A stretch of DNA of 64,000 nt, taken from the NCBI GenBank assembly GCA_050633305.1, contig JBOEGF010000007.1:96001-160000 (forward strand). The letters run 5' to 3'. Positions 9,986-19,490 of this stretch are shown piece after piece; positions within the stretch are counted from its first letter, which is position 1, and every line of letters begins with the position of its first letter. The translations under genes were made by a program, and so were the position numbers. The notes below the pieces were generated by a model. The model was not told where the DNA came from, did not search any database, and worked only from the letters and a program-made list of their open reading frames with translations. Source of the stretch: Nannocystales bacterium (lineage in GTDB: Bacteria; Myxococcota_A; Polyangia; Nannocystales; Nannocystaceae).

Positions 9986-10846
9986 GTGAGGCTCCTCGTG
10001 CCCAGCGACCAGTCCCCACCCTGTCTCGGGATTCGATGGGGTGGAGCATGGCTGCTCACAGCCCTCGTGTTGGGGAGCGCATGCGCGGGGCGACCCACAG
10101 CGTCGGTCCAGTTCTCGCCGCCGCCGCGTGTCCCTCCGACGCCTGAGACACGCGCCCGCCCGACCATGCTCTCGGCCCACTTCGCTGTGGACGACGATCC
10201 ATCGCGTGGTGGTCTCGATGGCATCACGGTTGTGTTTTCCGAGGACGTCGACGCGGCAAGCCTTCGTCCTGGCGTCTTCTTGGTGCTGCTCGCGGACGGC
10301 GGACGCACCCTCGCCAAGGAAGCCGTCCTCGCGCCGGCGAGCGAGGCGGACGAGAATCGGACCGTGTGGTTGCACGGTGACTTCGGGGATCCGCGTCGAC
10401 GACCGCCGACCGATGTCATCGTGATTGCCCCGCTGCATACCGAGACCGGGAGTTCCCTGGAGGGCGCGTTGGCGCCGGTGCGTGGATTCGATGAGGGCGG
10501 GCACATCGTGCACGCCCAAGCCCAGGTCCAGCCTTGTGCGTCCGGGCAACCACGGGTCCGCACCTTCTGGACCGATGCCCTGCGCGACGTGACGCAGGAA
10601 GACCTCGAGGCGATCACGCTCGAACTGGTGGGCGGGCGGACGGTGCCGCCTGCGAGCTTCGAGGACCACGCTGAGGCTGGGTCATTCATCGGGGAGTCCC
10701 GTGATGACAACGTGTTGGACCTCTGCGTTCCTGTCTCCGAGCGCGTTGTCACGGTTCGAGTCCAAGCCGGCACGTTCACCGACGTCCCGGGGCACCGAAC
10801 CGCGGCCAGCAAAGCGACGGTCGCGCGGGCACCCGCAGCCGAATAG
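9986..10846 (+). CDS. Hypothetical lipoprotein with Ig-like (SbsA/Big_5-like) segments
   Basis: Lipobox GSAC; ITVVFSEDVDAASL; FTDVPGH; TACCCT 6 nt before GTG 9986. Confidence 0.6.
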   Translation: MRLLVPSDQSPPCLGIRWGGAWLLTALVLGSACAGRPTASVQFSPPPRVPPTPETRARPTMLSAHFAVDDDPSRGGLDGITVVFSEDVDAASLRPGVFLVLLADGGRTLAKEAVLAPASEADENRTVWLHGDFGDPRRRPPTDVIVIAPLHTETGSSLEGALAPVRGFDEGGHIVHAQAQVQPCASGQPRVRTFWTDALRDVTQEDLEAITLELVGGRTVPPASFEDHAEAGSFIGESRDDNVLDLCVPVSERVVTVRVQAGTFTDVPGHRTAASKATVARAPAAE

Positions 10847-10925
10847 ACCACCGGGGGTCGTGTTTTCGGGCCCGTGCGGGGCGACGTGGTGAGGTCCGGA
10901 GATGTGCTCTAAACTTCGCGAGCTG

Positions 10926-13900
10926 ATGACGACACGTGGCCGACCGATCCGAAAGCTGATGTGCGCCAACCGGGGGGAGATCGCGATTCGCGTCTTCCGA
11001 GCCGCAACCGAGCTGGGGATCCGGACCGTCGCCATCTTCAGCAACGAAGACCGCGTTCACCTTCACCGCTACAAAGCGGATGAGGCCTACCTCGTGGGCA
11101 AAGGGGGGTCGCCCGTCGGGGCGTACCTCGCGATCGACGACATCATTCGGGTCGCGCTGGAGAACGACGTCGATGCGATTCACCCCGGCTACGGGTTCCT
11201 CTCCGAGCGCGCCGACTTTGCTCGTGCATGCGAGGAGGCTGGCATCGCGTTCGTGGGTCCTCCTGCGGAGATCCTCGAGCGACTCGGCGACAAGACGGCG
11301 GGTCGCGCACTCGCGATCGAGAACGGGGTCCCGGTCATCCCCGGTACCGCCGACCCCGTCGCGGACTTCGACGAAGCGAAGGCGTTTGCGGAGCAGGCCG
11401 GCTATCCGCTGATGATCAAGGCCGCCAAAGGCGGAGGCGGTCGCGGCATGCGGGTGGTTCGCAAGGAGAGCGAACTCGCCGACGCTCTGGAGCGTGCGAG
11501 CTCCGAAGCTGCCAGCGCGTTTGGGGACGGGACCTGCTTCATCGAGAAGTACGTCGAGCGTCCCAGGCATATCGAGGTGCAGATTCTCGGCGACGCGAGA
11601 GGCGAGATTCTCCACTTGTTCGAGCGGGACTGTTCGGTCCAGCGCCGCCATCAAAAGGTCGTCGAGATCGCACCCAGTGTGGGGATCGGCGATGCGTTGC
11701 GGGACCGAATCACCGCCGACGCGGTCAAGCTGGCCAAGGCCGTTGGGTACCGCAACGCGGGCACCTTCGAGTTCCTCGTCGGTCCCGATGATGCTCATTA
11801 CTTCATCGAGGCCAACCCCCGGGTTCAGGTCGAGCACACCGTGACCGAGCAGGTCACCATGGTCGACATCGTTCAGTCTCAGATCCGCATCGCGGGTGGG
11901 GCCAGCTTCGAAGACCTCGGTTTGCGGCAAGAGGACATCACCGTCCGCGGGTTTGCGATCCAGGCTCGGATTACCACCGAGGACCCACTGTTGCAGTTTC
12001 AGCCCGACACCGGGCGCATCGAGGTGTTCCGCCCCGGGAGCGGCTTCGGCATCCGACTCGATGCCGGCAACGGGTACGACGGGGCCACGATCTCGCCGCA
12101 CTACGACTCGCTGCTCGTGAAGGTGACCAGTACCGCTTCCACCTTCGAAGGCGCGGCGCAGAAGTTGTTCCGCTCGCTGGCCGAGTTCCGCGTCCGCGGG
12201 GTGAAGACCAACATCCCGTTCATCCAAAACGTCCTCACCCATCCGCGCTTTCTCGCGGGCAACGTCGACACCGAGTTCATCGCCTCCACGCCCAAGTTGT
12301 TCCGCTTTCCGCGCCGCAGGAACCGGGCGCAGCGACTGCTTTCGTACCTGGGCAATGTGATCGTCAACGGGCCGTCCACGCCCTGGGTCTCCGGTGTCGC
12401 GCCGGCCAAGGTCGAGCCCGAGGTTCCGCCTGCTCCACTCGAGCCTCCCACGAAAGGCTGGCGGCAGGTCTTCTTGGATGACGGCCCCGAGGCGTTCGCG
12501 AAGGCGATTCGCGGCCACCAAGGGCTGCTCATCATGGACACCACGTGGCGGGACGCGCACCAGTCCTTGCTGGCGACGCGGGTCCGAACCATGGACATCG
12601 CCAAGGTCGCGCCGTTGACCAGCCACGTGCTGTCCTCCGCGTACAGCCTGGAGATGTGGGGGGGGGCCACGTTTGATGTGGCGCTGAGGTTCTTGCGTGA
12701 GTGTCCGTGGGACCGACTCGAGCACCTTCGTGAGCTCGTTCCAAACATCCCGTTCCAGATGCTGCTCCGCGGAGCAAACGCAGTCGGATACACGAACTAT
12801 CCGGACAACGTCGTTCGGCGATTCGTGCAGACCGCCCGCGACCTGGGAATCGACGTCTTCCGAATCTTCGACTGCCTCAACTACATCGAGAACCTCAAGC
12901 TGGGCATCGACGCCGTTGGGGAAGCGGGTGGCATCATCGAGGCGTCCGTCTGCTACACGGGCGACGTCAGCAACGCCGATCGCACGAAGTACAGCCTTCA
13001 GTACTACGTCGACGTGGCCGGCCAACTCGTCGAGCGCGGGACCCACGTGCTCTCGATCAAGGACATGGCCGGGCTGCTCAAGCCCAAAGCCGCGAAGCAG
13101 CTGGTCGGGGCCCTGCGCGACGCCTTCCCCGAGGTGCCGATTCACGTGCACACCCACGATACCGCGGCCGCCGGGGTGGCCTCGATGCTCGCCTGCGCGG
13201 AGGCGGGGGCGGATGTCGTCGACACGGCACTGGAAGCGATGGCCGGGCTGACGTCCCAACCCGCGGTGGGCGCCATCGTTGCCGCCCTTCAAGGGACGCC
13301 GCTCGACACCAACCTCGAGCTGACCGAGCTGCAGGTGCTCTCCGACTACTGGGAGCAGGCTCGCCGCATGTACGCCCCGTTCGAGTCTGGACTCAAGAGC
13401 GGGAGCGCCGACGTCTACCTTCACGAGATGCCCGGCGGCCAATACACGAACCTCCAGTTCCAGGCCAACCAGCTCGGTTTGGCGGAGCGTTGGCCGGCCA
13501 TCAAGCGTGCCTACGCTTCCGCCAACCGGTTGCTCGGCGACATCATCAAGGTGACGCCCTCGTCCAAGGTCGTCGGTGACCTCGCCCAGTTCATGGTCCA
13601 AAACGACCTCACCGAAGAGGATGTGCTCGAGCAGGCCGACACGCTGAGCTTTCCGTCCTCGCTGGTCGAGTTCTTCCAGGGCATGCTTGGCCAACCGTTT
13701 GGTGGCTTCCCCGAGATCTTGCGGGAGAAGGTTGTCCGCGGCGCGCAGACCTTCGACGGACGGCCCGGGGCCAGCCTCCCGGCACTCGATTTCGACGCGC
13801 TTCGCAAAGAACTGCGAGAGGAGCATGGCCCGCACATCCGCGAGGTGGACGTGATCAGTGCCGCGCTCTACCCGAAGGTCTGGCGGGAATACCAAGGCTT

Positions 13901-14390
13901 TCGGGAGCGCTTCGCAGACGTCGCTGTGTTGCCCACGCGGGCTTTCCTGGCACCGCTCGAGGTCGGTGAGGAAATCTCGGTGGAGATCGAGCGCGGCAAG
14001 ACGCTGGTGATCGAGCTCGATGCGGTCGGGGAACTCGACGACGATGGCAACCGGACGGTCTACTTTCAGCTCAACGGTCGCCCTCGCTCGATTCACGTCC
14101 CCGACGAGGCCGCCAAGACCGAGGTGGTCGTCCGAAACCGGGCCGACCCCAGCGACCCTGGCTCGGTCGGGGCACCCATGCCTGGGGTGGTGCTCGAAGT
14201 TCGCACCGAGTCCGGCGCGAAGGTGGACGTCGGTGCGCCGCTGGTCGTCCTCAGCGCGATGAAGATGGAGACGGTCGTGGCCTCACCCGTCGCAGGTACG
14301 ATCAAGCGCATCGAGGTTGTCGAGGGAGATTCGCTCGCGGCCGGGGACCTGCTGGTCCACATCGAGACCGCGAAGCAGGCAGAGGCCTAG
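10926..14390 (+). CDS. pyc: Pyruvate carboxylase
   Basis: ANRGEIA, HPGYGFLSE, RDCSVQRRHQK, RDAHQSL, WGGATFD, HVHTHD, SAMKM biotin site. Confidence 0.97.
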   Translation: MTTRGRPIRKLMCANRGEIAIRVFRAATELGIRTVAIFSNEDRVHLHRYKADEAYLVGKGGSPVGAYLAIDDIIRVALENDVDAIHPGYGFLSERADFARACEEAGIAFVGPPAEILERLGDKTAGRALAIENGVPVIPGTADPVADFDEAKAFAEQAGYPLMIKAAKGGGGRGMRVVRKESELADALERASSEAASAFGDGTCFIEKYVERPRHIEVQILGDARGEILHLFERDCSVQRRHQKVVEIAPSVGIGDALRDRITADAVKLAKAVGYRNAGTFEFLVGPDDAHYFIEANPRVQVEHTVTEQVTMVDIVQSQIRIAGGASFEDLGLRQEDITVRGFAIQARITTEDPLLQFQPDTGRIEVFRPGSGFGIRLDAGNGYDGATISPHYDSLLVKVTSTASTFEGAAQKLFRSLAEFRVRGVKTNIPFIQNVLTHPRFLAGNVDTEFIASTPKLFRFPRRRNRAQRLLSYLGNVIVNGPSTPWVSGVAPAKVEPEVPPAPLEPPTKGWRQVFLDDGPEAFAKAIRGHQGLLIMDTTWRDAHQSLLATRVRTMDIAKVAPLTSHVLSSAYSLEMWGGATFDVALRFLRECPWDRLEHLRELVPNIPFQMLLRGANAVGYTNYPDNVVRRFVQTARDLGIDVFRIFDCLNYIENLKLGIDAVGEAGGIIEASVCYTGDVSNADRTKYSLQYYVDVAGQLVERGTHVLSIKDMAGLLKPKAAKQLVGALRDAFPEVPIHVHTHDTAAAGVASMLACAEAGADVVDTALEAMAGLTSQPAVGAIVAALQGTPLDTNLELTELQVLSDYWEQARRMYAPFESGLKSGSADVYLHEMPGGQYTNLQFQANQLGLAERWPAIKRAYASANRLLGDIIKVTPSSKVVGDLAQFMVQNDLTEEDVLEQADTLSFPSSLVEFFQGMLGQPFGGFPEILREKVVRGAQTFDGRPGASLPALDFDALRKELREEHGPHIREVDVISAALYPKVWREYQGFRERFADVAVLPTRAFLAPLEVGEEISVEIERGKTLVIELDAVGELDDDGNRTVYFQLNGRPRSIHVPDEAAKTEVVVRNRADPSDPGSVGAPMPGVVLEVRTESGAKVDVGAPLVVLSAMKMETVVASPVAGTIKRIEVVEGDSLAAGDLLVHIETAKQAEA

Positions 14391-15193
14391 GCCTCTGCGC
14401 CCAGGAGGACGCCGCGCTCGGCCAGGTCCGCGAGCAGGGTGGCGGCCGTCCCCAGGCGTTCATCATCCAGGGGCTCGCCCAGGGTGCCGCACGCTGCTCG
14501 CAGTCCCTCTGCGACCGGCTGCTGGCGTTCAATCAGCTGTTCGAGGACGGCGTGGGCAAGCGGCGTGAGCTCCAGGTAGCGGACCTTGTTGCTCGAGTCG
14601 CGATACACGAGCAACCGGGTGGGGGCGCATTCGGGCTCGTCGCGGTTGTCGGTGTCCTGGGATATCTTGTGCACCGCGTAGGCGTAGGACATCAGCCGAG
14701 CCGCACCGTCGAAACGCAAGGGCTTGTCGAGTGCGAGCTCGCGGCCGGTCGGGGATTCGCCCCCGCGGTGGTCGTTGAGAATGTCGTACTCGAGCAGCTC
14801 GTGGCGGGCCAAGTCGATGAGGTAGTCGGGGACGCTTGGGTCTGCGGCCCAGCGGGGAGCAGCCCACGCGACGAACTCTGCGGGCACGTCTCGGAGGTAC
14901 GGAGAGTGGGCTGCGACCTCTTCCATCCAGTCCCCGAAGTCGGCCTTGAGGCGGTGCATGCCAAGACGGGCCGCGGCGCGCTGGATGAAGTCGCGGATCG
15001 TGTTCCGCATCCGGTTGTGCACCAGGGTGCGGTAGACGAGGAACCGCTCCGCGCCGACCGCTTCGATCGCGTCGAGGTCGTCGCCCTCGATGCCGTGTGC
15101 GGCGGCGAAGGCTCGCAGGTCCTCCCGGCTGGCCTCGGCGGCACCCTTCTTTCGCAGGAGTGCGTTCATCCAATCAAGTCGAAGGTCGTTCAC
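14387..15193 (-). CDS. DUF2063-like MNIO partner protein (HvfC/BufC-type)
   Basis: RFLVYRTLV, SPYLRDVPAEF, YLIDLARHE, SYAYAVHKI, LLVYRD; overlaps the DUF692 stop by 4 nt. Confidence 0.85.
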   Translation of the reverse strand: MNDLRLDWMNALLRKKGAAEASREDLRAFAAAHGIEGDDLDAIEAVGAERFLVYRTLVHNRMRNTIRDFIQRAAARLGMHRLKADFGDWMEEVAAHSPYLRDVPAEFVAWAAPRWAADPSVPDYLIDLARHELLEYDILNDHRGGESPTGRELALDKPLRFDGAARLMSYAYAVHKISQDTDNRDEPECAPTRLLVYRDSSNKVRYLELTPLAHAVLEQLIERQQPVAEGLRAACGTLGEPLDDERLGTAATLLADLAERGVLLGAEA

Positions 15194-16047
15194 GCACTTG
15201 CCTCCTGAGCGTGTTTGTCGAGGGCCTTGTCGTAGACGACCTGCAAGGACGCCGCCTCGGCCAAGAGGTCGGCCAACGGGGGAATGTTGGAGTCTCGTTC
15301 GAGCAACACGGGCTTGGGGCCGGTGCGTTCGATGACGTAGGACATCAGATCCCGGACCTCGTCGCGGACGTCGGCACCGTGGGTATCAACCAGCAACGAT
15401 TCGTCCCATGGCTCGTGTCCCGCGATGTGGAGCTGAACCACGCGCTCCAGGGGGATTGTGTCAATCCACGCGTGCGCCTCGAATCCGTGGTTGCTCGCGT
15501 TGACGAACACATTGTTGACATCGAGCAGGAGCCCACAGTCGGCGCGCTCGACCACCTCGGTGATGAACTCAGCCTCGTCCAGGTTGCTCTTGCCCAGCTG
15601 CAGGTACCAGCTGATGTTCTCGACCGCCATGCGTCGCTCGAGCCTGTCGCTGGCCTCGCGAACGCGGGCTGCGACACGCTTGGCGGTCTGCGTGGTGAAC
15701 GGGATCGGAAGAAGGTCGTGCAGCATCGCACCGTCCATCCCGCTCCAGCAGATGTGGTCCGAGTGCCACGGCGCTCCGTATCGATCGAGGAACGACTTGA
15801 GCTCGTCGAAGTACTCGTCGCGAAACGGATCCGTGCCGCCCAGCGACATCATGAGACCGTGGGTGATGATCGGGAAGCGCTCAGCCAGCGTGGCGAGGCG
15901 CTTGGGCGAGCGCCCACCGCGGTGCATGTAGTTCTCGGGCGCGACCTCGAGGAACGCGACCTTGCCGTCGGCGTCACCACGCACGATGTCGCGGAGGAAG
16001 GCGCCGCGAAGACCAAGACCGACGCCGGTGGGGGGTTGGGGCTGCAT
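15190..16047 (-). CDS. DUF692 multinuclear non-heme iron oxidative enzyme (MNIO; MbnB/ChrH/HvfB/BufB family)
   Basis: GVGLGLR, LEVAPENY, THGLMMSLG, HSDHICW, DLLPIP, VENIS, LLLDVNN, QLHIAGH, VDTHG, LLERD. Confidence 0.95.
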   Translation of the reverse strand: MQPQPPTGVGLGLRGAFLRDIVRGDADGKVAFLEVAPENYMHRGGRSPKRLATLAERFPIITHGLMMSLGGTDPFRDEYFDELKSFLDRYGAPWHSDHICWSGMDGAMLHDLLPIPFTTQTAKRVAARVREASDRLERRMAVENISWYLQLGKSNLDEAEFITEVVERADCGLLLDVNNVFVNASNHGFEAHAWIDTIPLERVVQLHIAGHEPWDESLLVDTHGADVRDEVRDLMSYVIERTGPKPVLLERDSNIPPLADLLAEAASLQVVYDKALDKHAQEASA

Positions 16048-16068
16048 GCGAAGACTCTCGAACCGTAC

Positions 16069-16108
16069 AAAGAAAAACCCGCGGCGACCGTGAAGGCCAG
16101 CCGCGGGT
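16069..16108 (-). terminator. Intrinsic terminator/attenuator between precursor and MNIO genes
   Basis: Minus strand acccgcggc...gccgcgggt stem followed by ttttcttt. Confidence 0.7.
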
Positions 16109-16125
16109 CGGTCGCTCAAATGAGC

Positions 16126-16362
16126 TTACTTGGCGCCGCCGCAGGAGGCTTCGCCGCCTTCTTCGGCAGCTTCGCCGCCTTCGGCTTTCTCAGCGCCGCA
16201 GGAGCCTTCAGCTTTGTCGGCGCCACAGGAGCCTTCGGCCGCATCACCAGCAGCGGGAGCTGCGGGGGTCTCGACGGCGGGCTTGTCCTTGTCGCAGCCG
16301 GTCGTGGCGAGAGCGCCGGTGCCGAGGAATGCGAGCGTTGTGGCAATGCTTTTGAGATCCAT
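16126..16362 (-). CDS. 78-aa RiPP precursor, predicted lipoprotein with E[G/A]SCG repeats
   Basis: MDLKSIATTLAFLGTGALATTGC-DKDKP...EGSCGADKAEGSCGAEK...EASCGGAK; purine-rich RBS; directly upstream of DUF692. Confidence 0.88.
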   Translation of the reverse strand: MDLKSIATTLAFLGTGALATTGCDKDKPAVETPAAPAAGDAAEGSCGADKAEGSCGAEKAEGGEAAEEGGEASCGGAK

Positions 16363-16438
16363 GTCGTTTTCCCTTTTCGAGTTCTCTTGGAGAGGTTTTG
16401 GGTCCGTCCGTGGGCCCCGACGTGGGGCTCGAAGGTCA

Positions 16439-16463
16439 ATCGCAGACCCGCCGCAGATGTTAC
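16439..16463 (-). promoter_or_regulatory. Candidate ECF (SigF/EcfF-like) promoter for the RiPP operon
   Basis: GTAACA-N15-CGAT on the minus strand, about 75 nt above the precursor ATG. Confidence 0.4.
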
Positions 16464-16592
16464 GGCCACTTCGGGGGGCCGGATCGACAGAAATCTCCAC
16501 AATTTGGTCATCGATTGCCTGGGCGGACCGTGAACCGCCCGAAAAGGCTGCTGAACCGGGATTCCTGGACATTCGTCGCCCGTCGCGCTGCT

Positions 16593-17873
16593 ATGCCTGC
16601 GATGGGGTCCAAGAGTCGGTCCGCCGGTAGCCGCTTCGCACTTTCGTTGCTGCTGGTCCTGACGATCATCAACTTCCTGAACTACCTCGACCGGTACGTG
16701 CTGAGCGCCGTCCTCGAGGGAATCCGGACCGATCTGGGGTTCGACGACTCTCAGGGAGGATTGCTGGGCAGTGTCTTCATGGTCGTCTACACGATCGCGG
16801 CACCGGTTGGCGGCATCCTCGGAGACCGCTGGAACCGGAACCGGATGGTCGCGATCGGGGTCGGGCTGTGGAGCCTGGCGACGATCGGCAGCGGGATGGC
16901 GGAGAGCTACGGAGGCCTACTGACGATGCGCGCCCTGATCGGGGTGGGGGAGGCGGGCTACGCTACCGTCGCGCCGGCGATCATCGCGGATGTCTTCAGG
17001 CCTTCCGAACGCGGCCGCAAGCTCTCCATCTTCTACCTCGCCATCCCGATGGGGAGCGCGTTGGGCTACTTGCTCGGAGGCGCGGTCGGGGAGGCCTACG
17101 GCTGGCGTGCAGCGTTCTTCGTTGCGGGAACGCCTGGCCTGTTCTTCGCTGTGGTGGCGTTCTTCCTCCCGCATCCCAAGCGGGGGGCGATGGATGAAGG
17201 CGAAGTCGCGGCTGAGCTGCCGCTCGTCGAGGGCGTGAAACGTTTGTTCCGGACCCCGGCGTGGCGCATCAACACGATCGGCATGACGCTGATGACGTTC
17301 TCCATGGGCGGAATCGCCTTCTGGATGCCGACGTACCTCATCCGTGAGCAGGGGATGGATGAGGCCACGGGGAACATGATCTTCGGTGGCATCACGGTCG
17401 TGGCGGGATTGCTCGCGACGATCATCGGCGGAACGCTGGGGGACCGCGCCTTCGCCAAGCGGCAAGGAGGCTACTTCTCCGTCAGTGGCATGGGGTTGCT
17501 GCTGGGGGCACCGTTCGCGCTTGCCATGCCGCTGATGCCCAACACGACCGGCGTGTTCGTCTGCGCCTTCTGTGCGGAGTTTCTGTTGTTCTTGAACACC
17601 GGACCACTCAACGCAGCCTTGGTCGCCTGCGTGCCGTCGTCTCTGCGGGCCCGCTCGATGGCGATCAACGTGTTCTTCATTCACATGCTTGGAGACGCGC
17701 TCTCCCCGACGCTCATCGGGGTGGTGAGTGAAAATCGGGGGCTGTCGTTTGCCGTCGCACTGACTAGCATTCCGATCGCGATCGGAGGGTTCGTCTTGAT
17801 CCGCGGTGCACGCAAGGTCGATGCCCTCGCGGATGGCATCGGGACGGTCGATCCCGAACCCGCTAACCGGTAA
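16593..17873 (+). CDS. MFS transporter, spinster-like
   Basis: INFLNYLDRY, GILGDRWNR, RALIGVGEA, AIPMGSALGY, HMLGDALSP. Confidence 0.9.
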   Translation: MPAMGSKSRSAGSRFALSLLLVLTIINFLNYLDRYVLSAVLEGIRTDLGFDDSQGGLLGSVFMVVYTIAAPVGGILGDRWNRNRMVAIGVGLWSLATIGSGMAESYGGLLTMRALIGVGEAGYATVAPAIIADVFRPSERGRKLSIFYLAIPMGSALGYLLGGAVGEAYGWRAAFFVAGTPGLFFAVVAFFLPHPKRGAMDEGEVAAELPLVEGVKRLFRTPAWRINTIGMTLMTFSMGGIAFWMPTYLIREQGMDEATGNMIFGGITVVAGLLATIIGGTLGDRAFAKRQGGYFSVSGMGLLLGAPFALAMPLMPNTTGVFVCAFCAEFLLFLNTGPLNAALVACVPSSLRARSMAINVFFIHMLGDALSPTLIGVVSENRGLSFAVALTSIPIAIGGFVLIRGARKVDALADGIGTVDPEPANR

Positions 17874-19470
17874 GCGCCGGGTTGTGGGGTGTGGCGGGGA
17901 CCGACTCCCCCTTGCGCGGGAACTTGGAGACAGCCCGCTCGGCCAGTGCCGTGATCGTCAGGGAGGGGTTCACGCCAGGGTTGGCGGAGATCGATGCCCC
18001 GTCCATGACATACAGCCCCGGGTAGCCGTGGACCTCGTGGTCCGCGTCGATGACCCCCGTCTCGATGCTGTCGCCCATGCAGCATCCTCCGAGGATGTGT
18101 GCCGTGGTAGGGATGTTGAACAGTGTCTCGGTGAACATCGAGAACGGCATCCCATCGGTCTCCTGGCTAAACTGCTTGGCGAGTGCGGTGGCCTCGGGGA
18201 TCGATGCGGTCGGCAACTCTCCCTCACCCGGTGCGGTTCCAAGTCCGCCCCACCAGCGACGCTTGAGCCTCAGGGTGCCTTCGGTACTCCGCATGTACAG
18301 CAGAATTGCCGTCTGCTCCGCGAAGCTGCGAACCGTCACTGCCTTGAGAATCTGTAGCGGGTGACGGACACAGATCCCTGCGAGCTTGGCGATGCGAATG
18401 AAGGGATTGTCGCCCCCCACGTGCGGAGCCACGAGCAATCGGAACAGGCCCGAGCCCTTGGAGTACCGGACGGGTTCGAGGTGCGAGACGGCGTCGGTCT
18501 CGTAGATCGAGCCGATCGCGATGCCTTCGGACATGTCGACGTCCTTGTTGCGCGACACGATACCGATGAGTGCCTCGGAGTTGGTACGAACGCTGTGTCC
18601 CAGTCGCTCCGAGAGCTTGGGCAGGCAGCTCGCATCCCGCTTCTGGTCGAGCAACAGCCCGACGCTTCCCAGGACGCCCCCCGCGACGATGACCCGAGCC
18701 CCCGCGAACGAGACGGACTTCCGGAACCATCCGCGGCCTTGTTTGGCGTCGAGCTCGTAGCCGCCGCCGTCGCGAGGACGGATCTTGGTCACTTCGGTAT
18801 CGGCCTGCAGCTCGAGCCCATGCTTGCGCGCGAGGTAGAGGTAGTTCTTGTCGAGTGTGTTCTTGGCGTTGTGCCGACACCCGAGCATGCAGCCGCCGCA
18901 CTGGATGCATCCCGTGCGGCTGGGTCCTTCGCCATCGAAGAAGGGGTCCGCGGTGACCTTGCCGGGTTCGTCTCCGAAGTAGATGGCGACGTCTGTGCTG
19001 TGGAACGCATCAGGGTGGCCGTTGTCGGCCGCCATCTTCTTCAGGATCTTGTCCGGCGGCGTGAGCATCGGCGTCTGGGTGACGCCGAGCATGCGCTTGG
19101 CCTCGTCGTAGTGCTCGACGAGCTCGGTCTTCCAGTCCGCGAGGTGGGACCAACTGGGCGCCGCGAAGAAGGGATCCTTGGGCACGGGGTGTGTGCTCGC
19201 GTAGCCGAGCGAACCTCCGCCGACGCCGACCCCGGACAAGATGGTCACGTGCCGAAAGAACGACATCTTGAACAGGCCGCGGAAGCCCACCAGGGGCGCC
19301 CACATGTATCGCCGAAGGTCCCAGTTGGTCTTGGGGAAGTCCTTGGCTTTCAGCTCGCTGCCCTTCTCGACCATGAGCACGCGGTAGCCCTTCTCGACCA
19401 GGCGCAGCGCCGCTGTGCTGCCGCCGAAGCCGGATCCGATGATGATGAAGTCGTACGTTTCGTCGGCCAT
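17863..19470 (-). CDS. GMC oxidoreductase, cholesterol oxidase (ChoD)-like
   Basis: IIGSGFGG, GVGGGSL, CIQCGGCMLGC, KNTLDKNYL, TAHILGGC, NPGVNPSLTI. Confidence 0.88.
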   Translation of the reverse strand: MADETYDFIIIGSGFGGSTAALRLVEKGYRVLMVEKGSELKAKDFPKTNWDLRRYMWAPLVGFRGLFKMSFFRHVTILSGVGVGGGSLGYASTHPVPKDPFFAAPSWSHLADWKTELVEHYDEAKRMLGVTQTPMLTPPDKILKKMAADNGHPDAFHSTDVAIYFGDEPGKVTADPFFDGEGPSRTGCIQCGGCMLGCRHNAKNTLDKNYLYLARKHGLELQADTEVTKIRPRDGGGYELDAKQGRGWFRKSVSFAGARVIVAGGVLGSVGLLLDQKRDASCLPKLSERLGHSVRTNSEALIGIVSRNKDVDMSEGIAIGSIYETDAVSHLEPVRYSKGSGLFRLLVAPHVGGDNPFIRIAKLAGICVRHPLQILKAVTVRSFAEQTAILLYMRSTEGTLRLKRRWWGGLGTAPGEGELPTASIPEATALAKQFSQETDGMPFSMFTETLFNIPTTAHILGGCCMGDSIETGVIDADHEVHGYPGLYVMDGASISANPGVNPSLTITALAERAVSKFPRKGESVPATPHNPALTG

Positions 19471-19490
19471 CGTCCCGCGAACGGACCGTA

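Noticed and set aside
10776..14096. 1106-aa minus-strand ORF
   Set aside because: Antisense shadow of pyc
16363..16572. 148-aa extended version of the RiPP precursor in the ORF track
   Set aside because: The RBS and signal peptide fit ATG 16362; the upstream part is promoter/leader
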